Source: an uncultured Chloroflexia bacterium (GTDB lineage: Bacteria > Chloroflexota > Limnocylindria > Limnocylindrales > CSP1-4). Taken from it: a DNA stretch of 64,000 nucleotides. The position numbers and the translations under genes were made by a program. This document shows positions 50,298-59,645 of this stretch, piece by piece (within the stretch, counting starts at the first letter, position 1; each line of letters begins with the position of its first letter). The stretch covers positions 192,001 through 256,000 of the forward strand of contig CAVYBU010000002.1 in NCBI GenBank assembly GCA_963766735.1. Direction: 5' to 3'. Under the pieces are notes generated by a model. It was not told where the DNA came from, ran no database searches, and saw nothing but the letters and a program-made list of their open reading frames with translations.

Positions 50298-51161
50298 CTA
50301 CAGGGCCCCTGACCGCGCCCTGCGCTCGGCCGCCTCGCGAGCCTGCTCGTCCTCGAGCGGCGCCAGGTGCCCGGTCAGGTTGTGCGCCCGCAGGACTGGG
50401 CGCCCGCCGCGGAGCTCGACGATCGTGATCCCGGTGAGCCCGAAGCTGAACATCCAGAACTCGGTCAGCGGCAGCCCGAACAGCGTCAGCAGGACGACCT
50501 TGAACACCCCGTCGTGCCCGACCAGCACCGACCACGGCTGGTCGTGCCCCTGGGCGACTCCCGCGTAGCCGCCCACCTGCGGGCGATCGAAGGTGCCTCT
50601 CGGGCGATCACGTCCCAGCGTCTCCAGCGCTCGCCGGAGAGCTGGCCGGACGCGGGCCTGGACGAGGGCCAGCGACTCGCCGCCGGGCGCCACGGACTCC
50701 CACGGCCGGTGCCGCCAGGCTGAGAGCTCCGCCGGCCAGCGACGGACGATGTCGTCATGGGTGACGCCCTCCCACTCGCCCTGTCCCAGCTCGAGGATGC
50801 CTGGTTCGGGGCGCATCGGGACGCGCTCGTCGTCGGGCCCGGCCGCACGGGCGAGGGCGTCGACCACCGCCTGTGCCGTGGCGGCCGTGCGGGCCAGCGG
50901 CGAGCAGACGACCTCCACAGGTTGCCCGCCCGGGACCGGCAGAGCAGGGGAGGCGTGGGCATGCGCCAGCCGTTCGCCCGCCAGTACCGCCTGGCGGCGG
51001 CCGAGCCCGGACAGCGGTGTCTCGGCCTGGCCCTGGAAGCGGCCCTCGCGGATCCACTCGGACTCACCGTGTCGCACCAGCACCAGCGTGGCGTCCAGGC
51101 CGTCGGGGATCGGCGACGCATCGTCCGGGAGGGAGCCCCCGGACGTCGAGGGGTCGCTCAC
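50298..51161 (-). CDS. Histidine phosphatase family protein (probable phosphoserine phosphatase)
   Basis: LVRHGES, SPLAR, ELGQGEWEG, GES, VGH; coupled to serA. Confidence 0.85.
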   Translation of the reverse strand: MSDPSTSGGSLPDDASPIPDGLDATLVLVRHGESEWIREGRFQGQAETPLSGLGRRQAVLAGERLAHAHASPALPVPGGQPVEVVCSPLARTAATAQAVVDALARAAGPDDERVPMRPEPGILELGQGEWEGVTHDDIVRRWPAELSAWRHRPWESVAPGGESLALVQARVRPALRRALETLGRDRPRGTFDRPQVGGYAGVAQGHDQPWSVLVGHDGVFKVVLLTLFGLPLTEFWMFSFGLTGITIVELRGGRPVLRAHNLTGHLAPLEDEQAREAAERRARSGAL

Positions 51162-52741
51162 CGGTCGCCGACCAGGTCGATCGTCCAGACGTCGATGACC
51201 GCAGGAAGCGACAGGATGCTCTCGGCGACGACCGCGGGGACGGCCTCATCCAGCGCCAGGACCATGAACGCGTCCGCGCGGGGTGCCGATCGGGCGAGGG
51301 TCATGGCGCTGACGTTGATATCGGCCTCGCCCAGCATCAGGCCGATGTTGCCCATCGTGCCCGGCCGGTCGTGGTGGCGCGTGATGAGCATGGACTCCGC
51401 GGGAGCCAGGTCCATCACGTGCTCGTCGAGCCGAGTGATCCTGGGCTCGCCGTTGGCCACGGTTCCGGCCACGGTCACCGCGCCCCGTTCGGTCTCGGCC
51501 GTCAGGGTCAGGAGCGACGTGAAGGTGCCGGCCTTCGGCGTCTTGCTCTCCACGATCGTGAGCCCGCGCGCCTTGGCCAGCGTGGCCGCGTTGACCAGGT
51601 TCACGCGCTCCGTCGTGGTCGTCTCCAGCAGGCCCCGGAGCACCGCCGCCACCAGGGATGACGCGTCGTACGCCGCGGGCTCGCCGGCGATCTGGAGCGT
51701 GAGTGCACGCGGCGCGGATCGGGCGAACTGCGAGAGGAACCGTCCGAGCGTCTCCGCCAGCGGCAGGAAGGGCGCGATGGCCTGGGCGGTCTCGGGAGTG
51801 AGCAGGGGAGCGTTGACCGCGGAGCGCGCCGGGCGGCCGTCCAGGACCTCGATGATCTGCTCGGCGACCTCCTTGGCCACGGCAATCTGGGCCTCGACGG
51901 TTGAGGCGCCGAGGTGGGGCGTGAGGAGGGTGTTGGGGGCGTCGAGCAGCGGCGAGCCGGTTGGCGGCTCCGTGTTGAACACGTCGAAACCGGCAGCGGC
52001 GATCCGTCCGGACCGCAGCGCGTCCGCCACGTCCCCCTCGTCCATGATGCCGCCGCGGGCGACGTTGAGCAGCATCACGCCGGGCTTCATCCTGTCGATG
52101 GCGGCGGCGTTGATGAGCCCGGTCGTGCCGCGCGTCCTGGGCACGTGGACCGTGATGACGTCGGCGCGGCCGATGAGCTCCTCGAAGGTGACAAGCTCCA
52201 CGCCCAGCGTGACGGCCTGCTCCGGGGTGACGAACGGGTCCGAGCCGATGACCGTCATCTCCATCGCGTGGGCGCGCTTGGCGATGGCCTGACCGATCTT
52301 GCCCAGGCCCACGATGCCCAGGGTCTTGCTGCGCAGCTCCACGCCCGTGAACTTCGAGCGGCTCCACTCGCCCCGGCGCATGGATGCGTCGGCGGCCGCT
52401 GTCCGGCGCGCCAGCCCGTACATCAACGCGAGCGTGTGTTCCGCGGCCGCGATCGTGTTGCCCGTCGGGGCGTTGACCACGGTGATGCCGGCACGGGTGG
52501 CGGCCTCGAGGTCCACGTTGTCCACGCCGACGCCGGCGCGGCCGATAACGACCAGGCGGGTGCCGGCGGCGATCATCTCTGCGTCCGCCTTGACCTGGCT
52601 CCGGACGACGAGGGCGTCGTAGCCGGGCAGGATCGCGGCGATCTCCTGGGACGAGAGACCCAGCCTCTCGTCCACCTCGTGGCGCCGACGCATGATCTCC
52701 AGGCCCTCTGCGGCGAGGGGCTCGACGACCAGGATCCTCAT
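51158..52741 (-). CDS. serA: D-3-phosphoglycerate dehydrogenase
   Basis: RAGVGVDNVD, AAAEHT, GLGKIG, NVARGG, TPHLGAST, C-terminal ASB/ACT domains. Confidence 0.96.
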   Translation of the reverse strand: MRILVVEPLAAEGLEIMRRRHEVDERLGLSSQEIAAILPGYDALVVRSQVKADAEMIAAGTRLVVIGRAGVGVDNVDLEAATRAGITVVNAPTGNTIAAAEHTLALMYGLARRTAAADASMRRGEWSRSKFTGVELRSKTLGIVGLGKIGQAIAKRAHAMEMTVIGSDPFVTPEQAVTLGVELVTFEELIGRADVITVHVPRTRGTTGLINAAAIDRMKPGVMLLNVARGGIMDEGDVADALRSGRIAAAGFDVFNTEPPTGSPLLDAPNTLLTPHLGASTVEAQIAVAKEVAEQIIEVLDGRPARSAVNAPLLTPETAQAIAPFLPLAETLGRFLSQFARSAPRALTLQIAGEPAAYDASSLVAAVLRGLLETTTTERVNLVNAATLAKARGLTIVESKTPKAGTFTSLLTLTAETERGAVTVAGTVANGEPRITRLDEHVMDLAPAESMLITRHHDRPGTMGNIGLMLGEADINVSAMTLARSAPRADAFMVLALDEAVPAVVAESILSLPAVIDVWTIDLVGDR

Positions 52742-52944
52742 GCGACCGCCTCCGCGGTTCGCGGCGCGTGAAGCGCCTCGCACTCCTCGCCGCGGTGGCT
52801 GACCATCTGGCACCCGCCGGCCTCGCGGATGCTCGGCGGGAGGGAGATGGGTCCGGGGATGCGGAGATCGGGTTCGAAGCGGGTCACGGGCGGGTTCTCT
52901 CCTGGGGTCGCGACGGGGCGTGCGGAAGGTGCCGGAGGTGACAT
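52738..52944 (-). pseudogene. Internally deleted class V aminotransferase (SerC/AGT-type) remnant
   Basis: LRIPGP..LP..IREA...MVSHRG N-terminal motif, joined directly to a short tail overlapping the serA start. Confidence 0.7.
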
Positions 52945-53046
52945 GCATCCTCCCCCGGCGATCAAGCGGACGTCAGGGATTTGTCTTTGGCACGACCATT
53001 CTGCTGGACGCGGGCCATCTCGGCCGGCTCGATCGGCCGGGAATCG

Positions 53047-53075
53047 AAACGGGGCCGGCGGACCGGCCCCGTTTT
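53047..53075. terminator. Intrinsic terminator (bidirectional-type) after RDD gene
   Basis: aaacggggccgg-cgga-ccggccccgtttt. Confidence 0.75.
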
Positions 53076-53104
53076 CGCTGGGCGTTGCGGGTTGTACGGG
53101 CGCG

Positions 53105-53728
53105 CTAGGCGACGCGCTTCACGACCACCGTGCCTGCCTGGACATCGTGGAACCCCTGGCGCTTGGGGTCCTTGGTCACGGTGTACAGGAGGTAGATCGC
53201 ATACAGGAACGCCAGGAACCCGACCAGCGATCCCAGGGAGCCCAGCATGCCGGGCGCGTAGCCCAGGGCCGAGCCAAGCGCAAATGGGCCGAACAGGAAG
53301 GCCCAGCGCCGGATCGCCTGGGGCTGGGTGAGAGTGGCTCCGTCGGCGGCGTTGACCGTCTCGAGGCCGAGCACCTTCTGCCCGACGCTCGCCCGGAGCT
53401 TGGTCCAGCAGTACACGAAGTAGATCCCGCTGCCGACCACGCCGAGAATGGCCAGGAGGATCGTCCCGAACAGCGTGACGACGTCGCCGCCGGCGAAGAT
53501 CGCCACGATCAGCGCCCCGCCGATGAAGATCGCGGCGATGAAGAAGATGATCGAGTCGATGATGTAGGCGATGACACGGGTCACCGTGTCCGCGTAGACG
53601 ATGCCCGGCGCGGGACCGGCGGCGACCGGCGCCTGCTGGAACTGCGGCGGCGTGGGCGCCGGCGGCGGCGGTGCCTGCCAGTTGCCCGGGTCTTGGGGGG
53701 GCGGCGCACCGCCGACCGGATCCGTCAT
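53105..53728 (-). CDS. RDD family membrane protein
   Basis: R..AYIID, SVGQKVLGL.TV, RQGFHD..AGTVVV; Pro-rich N-terminus. Confidence 0.92.
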   Translation of the reverse strand: MTDPVGGAPPPQDPGNWQAPPPPAPTPPQFQQAPVAAGPAPGIVYADTVTRVIAYIIDSIIFFIAAIFIGGALIVAIFAGGDVVTLFGTILLAILGVVGSGIYFVYCWTKLRASVGQKVLGLETVNAADGATLTQPQAIRRWAFLFGPFALGSALGYAPGMLGSLGSLVGFLAFLYAIYLLYTVTKDPKRQGFHDVQAGTVVVKRVA

Positions 53729-54054
53729 CGAACACCTCCCTCGTCGGCGCAACCTGCACCGTCCGCGTGCAGGATAGTCGCTTGCCTGACCCGGGGGAAG
53801 CCCGATCCACGCGGAGGATCGGGGAGACGATGGTCCTGCTCCGTCAACCGCCCGGACGTGGCCGCCTCCCGATCGCCCGCCGGCAGCGTGCAGGTTTGAG
53901 CACTGATGATGAATCCGGTATAGGTCGCTACCTGGTCGCAAGGTGAAAGCAGGCCGTCTCAATCATGTCGACCCGAAGTTTGGCGACGCACTGGATCTGT
54001 GCCATCATCCGTCTCGCCACCACATCCCACGCTTGTTGGAGCAGGACCACCGAA

Positions 54055-54366
54055 ATGCGAATTCGAACCGCGAAGATCGAGGAGCTGACACCCAAGGCAC
54101 GAGAGCGTGCTCTGTCGCCCCGCCAGCTCGCGGCGCTCCAGCGCGAGGACGAGATCCGCAAGGCGCTCGCGCGCCTGAAGTCCGACGAGGACATCCTCGC
54201 CCTGGAGCTTGACCCGACCGAGAAGATCCCCACGATGCGCGCCGCCGTGAAGCGGGCCATTGCCGCCCACAGGCCGGGCGTCAATATGGCCATCCGCGGC
54301 CGGACGATCTACATCTCCACCGGCACGCTGCCGGGCGGCCGCGGCCGCAAGCCCAAGGCCGGCTGA
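54055..54366 (+). CDS. Small basic hypothetical protein with C-terminal AT-hook-like GRGRKPK
   Basis: 103 aa, Arg/Lys-rich, AGGA RBS. Confidence 0.7.
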   Translation: MRIRTAKIEELTPKARERALSPRQLAALQREDEIRKALARLKSDEDILALELDPTEKIPTMRAAVKRAIAAHRPGVNMAIRGRTIYISTGTLPGGRGRKPKAG

Positions 54367-54442
54367 TCACCGTCGCGGCCGGGCGTCGCACAACGGTGGC
54401 CCCGCGCGTCTGTCGGGCGCCCTGAACCCCCGGAGCCCGCCC

Positions 54443-55378
54443 ATGCGTTCCCGCCGCACCGTGTGGCACCGCCTCTTCGCCATCGTCATCGCGCTCGCGC
54501 TGCTCGGCGCCATCGCCGTGTGGTCGAACGCGCTCGGCGTGGGCGACAAGGTGCGCGAGGTCGCGCGGAAGGTAGAGCTGATCGTGGATCCGCCGCCGGA
54601 TCGTCCCATCGACGACGAGGTGCGGGTCACGCCCCGCCCGGCGCCCACGCGGACCACCGCCCCCGAGCCGACCCCCGTCACATCGCTGGCCCCGGGTTCG
54701 ACGGCGCCGCCGCCGACCGCGTCGCCATCGCCCACGCCGTCGCCCACGCCGGTCCCGCAGCGGGTCCGTGTGGACGTCAACCTGTACAAGCACCCCGACG
54801 CCCGCTTCATCACGGAGGTCGACAAGGACTGGTGCGCCGTCGCCGGCACGCAGATGGTCCTCGCCGCGCACGGCAAGGCGGCCCTGACGGAGGCGTTCCA
54901 GCGCAAGCTGGCCTCGAGAGTCGGGGAGTGGGAGAGCCGGCGGGACAGCATCAACGGTGAATGGGGGCCATCGGCGATGGTCAAGGCGCTCGACGCGTAC
55001 GGCGTGCCGGGCTACGAGGTGCGCATCTACGAGACGCGGGCCGGAGCCCTGCGCGACGCGGCCCGGGCCATCTCCAAGTTCAACGCCCCGGTGATCCTGC
55101 TCACGTGGCGAGGCGCCCACACCTGGATCATGACCGGGTATCGCGCCGACGGAGATCCGCTCGTGTTCGACGACGTCAAGGTGTCCGGGGCCTACGTCCT
55201 GGACCCCTGGTATCCACGCGTGTCGTCCATCTGGGGGCCGTCCGACCCTCCGGGGACCTACCAGGATGCATCCGAGATGCGCCGGAACTACCTGCCCTGG
55301 AAGCGTCCCGAGGGCAAGTACCCGACGCGGGACGGGCTGTTCGTCGCGGTGGTCCCCACGGTCCGCCTCGACCGCTGA
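54443..55378 (+). CDS. Membrane-anchored papain-like (C39-like) cysteine peptidase domain protein
   Basis: TM, P/T linker, DWCAVAGTQM (Cys), GAHTWIMTGY (His), VLDPW (Asp). Confidence 0.65.
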   Translation: MRSRRTVWHRLFAIVIALALLGAIAVWSNALGVGDKVREVARKVELIVDPPPDRPIDDEVRVTPRPAPTRTTAPEPTPVTSLAPGSTAPPPTASPSPTPSPTPVPQRVRVDVNLYKHPDARFITEVDKDWCAVAGTQMVLAAHGKAALTEAFQRKLASRVGEWESRRDSINGEWGPSAMVKALDAYGVPGYEVRIYETRAGALRDAARAISKFNAPVILLTWRGAHTWIMTGYRADGDPLVFDDVKVSGAYVLDPWYPRVSSIWGPSDPPGTYQDASEMRRNYLPWKRPEGKYPTRDGLFVAVVPTVRLDR

Positions 55379-55380
55379 CG

Positions 55381-56775
55381 TCAGCCGGGACCGTCGCCTG
55401 CAGGGACCGCGGGCGCGGCAGCTGCTGACGGCGCTGCCGCGGCCGACCCTCCGTCGCGGGTCCGGTGCACGAGCAGCAGGCCCTGGAGGCCCGTCCGTAC
55501 CGCCGCACCCGCCCCGAACCCGAGCGGGATCGCCAGCACGTCGACCGGTTCCACCAGGGCCAGGGTCACCCCGATCGTGACCGCGAAGCCGGCGAGCGAG
55601 GCGAGCACGGGCAGCAGCGTGTTGTGGGTCGCGTACAGGCCACGCGCCGTGAGGTGGCCCAGCGCTTCGAACGGGACCGCCAGCGCGAAGGCGGCCAGCA
55701 CCGCCGCCGTGACCCGGATGTCCTCCGAATCGAACGCGCCGCCGCCGAGCAGGACCTCGATCGCGAGGGGACCGATCACCGCGAGCGCGAATGCCGAGGC
55801 CACCGTGAGCACGGTGATCGTGATCGCGCTCGTCCGGACCTGGCGCCGGAACCCAGCCCGGTCGCCGGCCGCCCAGGCCGCTGAGAGGGCCGGGAATGCC
55901 GCGAGCGAGATCGACACCCCGAACAGCGCCACGGGAACGCTCTGGAAGTTGCGCGCGAAGCTGACCGAGCTCACGCTGCCCGCCGCGAGCATGCTCGCGA
56001 CGCTGGTGAAGAACAGGAACACCAGGGGCTCAATGGGGTGGCTCAGCATCTTGGGCAGCATCAGCAGCACGAACTCGCGCAGGGCCGGCAACCGGAGGTC
56101 CAACCGGAAGCGCAGCGGCACCGAGGAACCCAGCATCCCGACCACGCGGATGCCGAGGTGGAGGAAGGCGCCCACGACGGCCCCGACCGCCGCCGCCCTG
56201 ATGCCAAGGCTGTCGTGGAGCAGCACGGTGCCGGCCACGATGCCGAGGTTGTAGAGGATGGGCGCGAGGGCGTAGTACAGGAACCGGCGCTCGGCCACGA
56301 GGATCTCGCCGAGGGTGATCGACGCGGCGAACACGATGGGCGTCACCAGCATCAGGCGGAACAGCTCGAGGTAGCGCGCCCTGTTGACGTCGTCGAAGCC
56401 GGGGGCGATGAGGTCCACGGTCGCCGGGGCGACCAGCAGGAGCAGGAGACAGGCGGCGCCCATCACCATGATCGCCAGGGTGAGCACTGTCTGGGCAAAG
56501 CGGATCGCGGCGTCGGCGTTCTCGCGGCGGAGGCTGGTGAACACGGGGACGAACGGCGCCGCAAGGCCGCTGGCGACCAGCACGTCGAGGGCCAGCTCCG
56601 GGAGAATGAAGGCCGCGTTGTACGCGTCGAGCTCAGCACCCGCGCCGAAGGTCCGCGCGAAGATCCGGTCCCGGACGAGGCCGGCCGCGTAGGCCGCGAA
56701 GGTCAGGACCGAGAGCAGGATTGCGCCCTGCGGCAGAAACCGCGCAAGCAGGGCCCGGAACCTCGTCACGTCCAC
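55381..56775 (-). CDS. murJ: Lipid II flippase MurJ/MviN
   Basis: GLVRDRIFA..FGAG.ELDAYNAAF.LP, FVPVF, APILYN; about 12 TMs. Confidence 0.88.
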   Translation of the reverse strand: MDVTRFRALLARFLPQGAILLSVLTFAAYAAGLVRDRIFARTFGAGAELDAYNAAFILPELALDVLVASGLAAPFVPVFTSLRRENADAAIRFAQTVLTLAIMVMGAACLLLLLVAPATVDLIAPGFDDVNRARYLELFRLMLVTPIVFAASITLGEILVAERRFLYYALAPILYNLGIVAGTVLLHDSLGIRAAAVGAVVGAFLHLGIRVVGMLGSSVPLRFRLDLRLPALREFVLLMLPKMLSHPIEPLVFLFFTSVASMLAAGSVSSVSFARNFQSVPVALFGVSISLAAFPALSAAWAAGDRAGFRRQVRTSAITITVLTVASAFALAVIGPLAIEVLLGGGAFDSEDIRVTAAVLAAFALAVPFEALGHLTARGLYATHNTLLPVLASLAGFAVTIGVTLALVEPVDVLAIPLGFGAGAAVRTGLQGLLLVHRTRDGGSAAAAPSAAAAPAVPAGDGPG

Positions 56776-56877
56776 CTCTCAGCGGGAGCCGGGTGCACGG
56801 CTCCCGGCTCGGCGCCCCCCTCCAACGCGCGGGTGATGGGGCTGGGTGGGACGGTACGGGATCTGGGGTGGCGGCCG

Positions 56878-58380
56878 CTAGGTCTCGCCGTCCACCTTCT
56901 CGGCGTCGGCCACCTTGCGCATCACCTCGAACCGCGTGCGCACGGCCTTGCCGGACACCCCCATGCCGTCCACGGAGGGACCGGGGCGCGGTGCGCGCCG
57001 CGGAGGCCTCGAGCGCGCCTCGCCTCGTCGCTCGAAGCGGTCCGCGATCTGGGCCTCGTGCCCCTGGTCGCTCGGGTGGTAGTAACGCTTCCCGACCAGG
57101 ATGTCCGGCAGATACTGCTGTGCCACGTCGTGGCCCTCGAACTCGTGCGGGTTCTTGTAGCCAACTCCGATCCCGTGACGTTTCATCCGCCGGTCGGCTG
57201 CATTGCGGAGATGCAGTGGCACGGGCTGGGCGCCCATCGTGAGCACGTCGTCCATGGCCGCGAAGTAGGCCCGGCCGACGGCGTCCGATTTGGGCGATCC
57301 GGCGATGAACAGGGTCGCCTGCGCCAGCGCGTACTGGGCCTCCGGCAGGCCGACGTGGTCGAGCGCCTGGGCGGCCGCGACCGCCACCTGGAGGGCGCGC
57401 GGATCCGCGTTGCCGACGTCCTCGGAGGCCGAGATGATCAGCCGTCGTGCGATGAAGCGCGGGTCCTCGCCGGCCGCGATCATCGCGCCCAGCCAGTACA
57501 CGGCGGCATCGGGATCATTGCCGCGCAGGCTCTTGATGAATGCCGAGACCGTGTCGTAATGGCCGTCACCGGCGCGGTCGTAGGCGAGGACGCGCTGCTG
57601 CGCCGCCGTCTCGACGTGGCCGAGGGTGGGGGAGACGTGGTCGGAGACGTCCCGGACGTCGTCGTCCTCGGCCAGCGCAACCGCGCTCTCGAGGATGTTG
57701 AGGACCTGGCGCGCGTCGCCGCCGGAGATGTCCACGAGGTGCTCGAAGGCGTCCTCCGCGAGGGTGACGCCGCCCCGGGGGCCGTAGATGCCCGCCAGCC
57801 CGCGGTCCGCGTCCTCGAGCGCGCGCCGCACGATCGTCGCGATGTCCTCGTCGGTGAGCTGCTCCAGGCGCCAGACGCGCATTCGCGAGAGCAGCGCCGA
57901 GTTGACCTCGAAATAGGGGTTCTCGGTCGTGGCGCCGATGAGGGTGATGGTGCCGTCCTCGACGTGGGGGAGCAGAGCATCCTGCTGGGCCTTGTTGAAG
58001 CGATGGATCTCGTCCACGAACAGGACGCTGCGGCGAGCCTCCAGGGTCAGCCGCTCCTGCGCCTCCGCGATCGTCGAGCGGACCTCGGCCACGCCGGACA
58101 TGACCGCGGATACGGAGCGGAACTCGGCGCCGATCGCGTCCGCGAGCAGGCGGGCGAGCGACGTCTTGCCGGTCCCCGGCGGGCCCCAGAGCAGGAGCGA
58201 CGACAGGTGGCCGCGGGCGACCGAGCGGCGGAGGGGGCCGCGCTCGCCGACGATCGAGGATTGGCCGACGAACTCGTCGAGGGTGCGCGGGCGCATGCGG
58301 GCGGCGAGGGGCTGCCGCTCCGGCGGCGGCCGGAACAGGGCTTCGGGACGTGCGCCGGAGACGGAGCGCCTGGGGGGCAT
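56878..58380 (-). CDS. rarA: Replication-associated recombination protein A
   Basis: PLAARMRP, GPPGTGKT, DEIHRFNKAQQD, ATTENP, SAFIKSLRG.DPDAA, ASEDVG. Confidence 0.96.
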   Translation of the reverse strand: MPPRRSVSGARPEALFRPPPERQPLAARMRPRTLDEFVGQSSIVGERGPLRRSVARGHLSSLLLWGPPGTGKTSLARLLADAIGAEFRSVSAVMSGVAEVRSTIAEAQERLTLEARRSVLFVDEIHRFNKAQQDALLPHVEDGTITLIGATTENPYFEVNSALLSRMRVWRLEQLTDEDIATIVRRALEDADRGLAGIYGPRGGVTLAEDAFEHLVDISGGDARQVLNILESAVALAEDDDVRDVSDHVSPTLGHVETAAQQRVLAYDRAGDGHYDTVSAFIKSLRGNDPDAAVYWLGAMIAAGEDPRFIARRLIISASEDVGNADPRALQVAVAAAQALDHVGLPEAQYALAQATLFIAGSPKSDAVGRAYFAAMDDVLTMGAQPVPLHLRNAADRRMKRHGIGVGYKNPHEFEGHDVAQQYLPDILVGKRYYHPSDQGHEAQIADRFERRGEARSRPPRRAPRPGPSVDGMGVSGKAVRTRFEVMRKVADAEKVDGET

Positions 58381-58520
58381 GGGCGCGATGGTAGCGCTCT
58401 CCGCTGGTCGCGACCCGGGATTGCCCCGGATGGGTCAGGCGAGCGTGGTGGGGACGGCGTCCGGGCGAACGACGTCCGGGTGAGGGACCGGAGGGACGCG
58501 GGGGTTGGCCGAACGGGCGG

Positions 58521-58916
58521 CTACAGGATGTCGATGACGATCCAGAGCGCGAACAGGATGCCGAGGAGCAGAGTTGCGATCCGCACGATGTCCTTCACGT
58601 CGCGGGCGACGTAGGCGTACTCCGTCTCCGCGCTGAGCGCGATGGAGCCGGCGGGGCCACCGTCGCGGACGGTGCGGGGCTGCTGGGTGCGCTTGCGCGC
58701 CGTTTCGGCGGCTCGTTCTTCGGCAAGCAGCTGGGCCTCGAGCTCCGCGGCGCGGGCCGTCTCGGCCTCGGTGAGGCCACTGGGGCGGGGGGCGACGGGA
58801 GCGGCCGCCCCGCTTGCGGCCGCGGGCGCGGGCGCAGATGCGTTGGCGGATGCGGGTCGCCGGTCGATAGGCCGGCGCTGGCCGGGACGGACACTGCCGC
58901 GGGCGCGCTTCGCCAT
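58521..58916 (-). CDS. Hypothetical protein with basic N-terminus and C-terminal TM
   Basis: GGAGG upstream; YAYVARDV..I plus TM. Confidence 0.7.
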   Translation of the reverse strand: MAKRARGSVRPGQRRPIDRRPASANASAPAPAAASGAAAPVAPRPSGLTEAETARAAELEAQLLAEERAAETARKRTQQPRTVRDGGPAGSIALSAETEYAYVARDVKDIVRIATLLLGILFALWIVIDIL

Positions 58917-59087
58917 GTCGGGGTTCGAGGCCTCCTGCTGGGAGCGGTTCGTCGAGGGTCCACGCGCACGCGGGACCATCGGCGGCAGAGGATACACCGG
59001 GTCGGGGTCGGGCCGCGCCGGGTGGCAGCGCGGTAAGTGGTGAACGGGGGCCGGCTGGTAGACTCCGGTCGCCCCCCTGGAGAGACC

Positions 59088-59609
59088 GTGGACGCCCTCA
59101 ACACCCTCGTCGCCCCGTATCTCGGCGCCATCACCATAGCGCTGGCCGTCGCCTGCGTCGTGCTGCTCGTCGTGGTCGTGGTGCTCGTCCGCCGGACGTC
59201 ACGCATTGACCGGCGGCTGCAGAGCCTGACCCGGGGCGAGGACGGGCGCAGTCTCGAAGCGATGCTCGAGGCGCACCTGGACAAGGTCTACGCGGTCGCG
59301 CGCGACGTGGACGAGCTGGCCGCCCGGTCCGCGGTCCTGGAGGCCGTCCAGCGCAAGGCCGTCCAGTGCGTTGGCCTGGTGCGCTTCAACCCGTTCGAGG
59401 ACACCGGTGGGAACCAGAGCTTCGCCCTCGCCCTCCTCGACATCAACGGGGATGGCATCGTCGTCAGCAGCCTCCACGCGCGCGCCCTGACCCGCGTCTA
59501 CGGCAAGGCCATCAAGGGCGGCAAGTCCGAAGCGGCGCTGTCCGACGAAGAGTCGCAGGCGCTGCGCGAGGCCATGGCACAGGCGTCGGGACCCGCCGGG
59601 CCCGGCTGA
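59088..59609 (+). CDS. DUF4446 family protein
   Basis: TM plus coiled coil, VGLVRFNPFEDTGGNQSFALALLD, YGKAI, LSDEE. Confidence 0.88.
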   Translation: MDALNTLVAPYLGAITIALAVACVVLLVVVVVLVRRTSRIDRRLQSLTRGEDGRSLEAMLEAHLDKVYAVARDVDELAARSAVLEAVQRKAVQCVGLVRFNPFEDTGGNQSFALALLDINGDGIVVSSLHARALTRVYGKAIKGGKSEAALSDEESQALREAMAQASGPAGPG

Positions 59610-59645
59610 CCCGCGCCCGGCCGTGACACCCGAGCTGGCACGGAG

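Noticed and set aside
53900-53950. CTGATGA...GAAA hammerhead ribozyme-like core
   Set aside because: Stem II does not close with the required pair and I could not find stems I/III.
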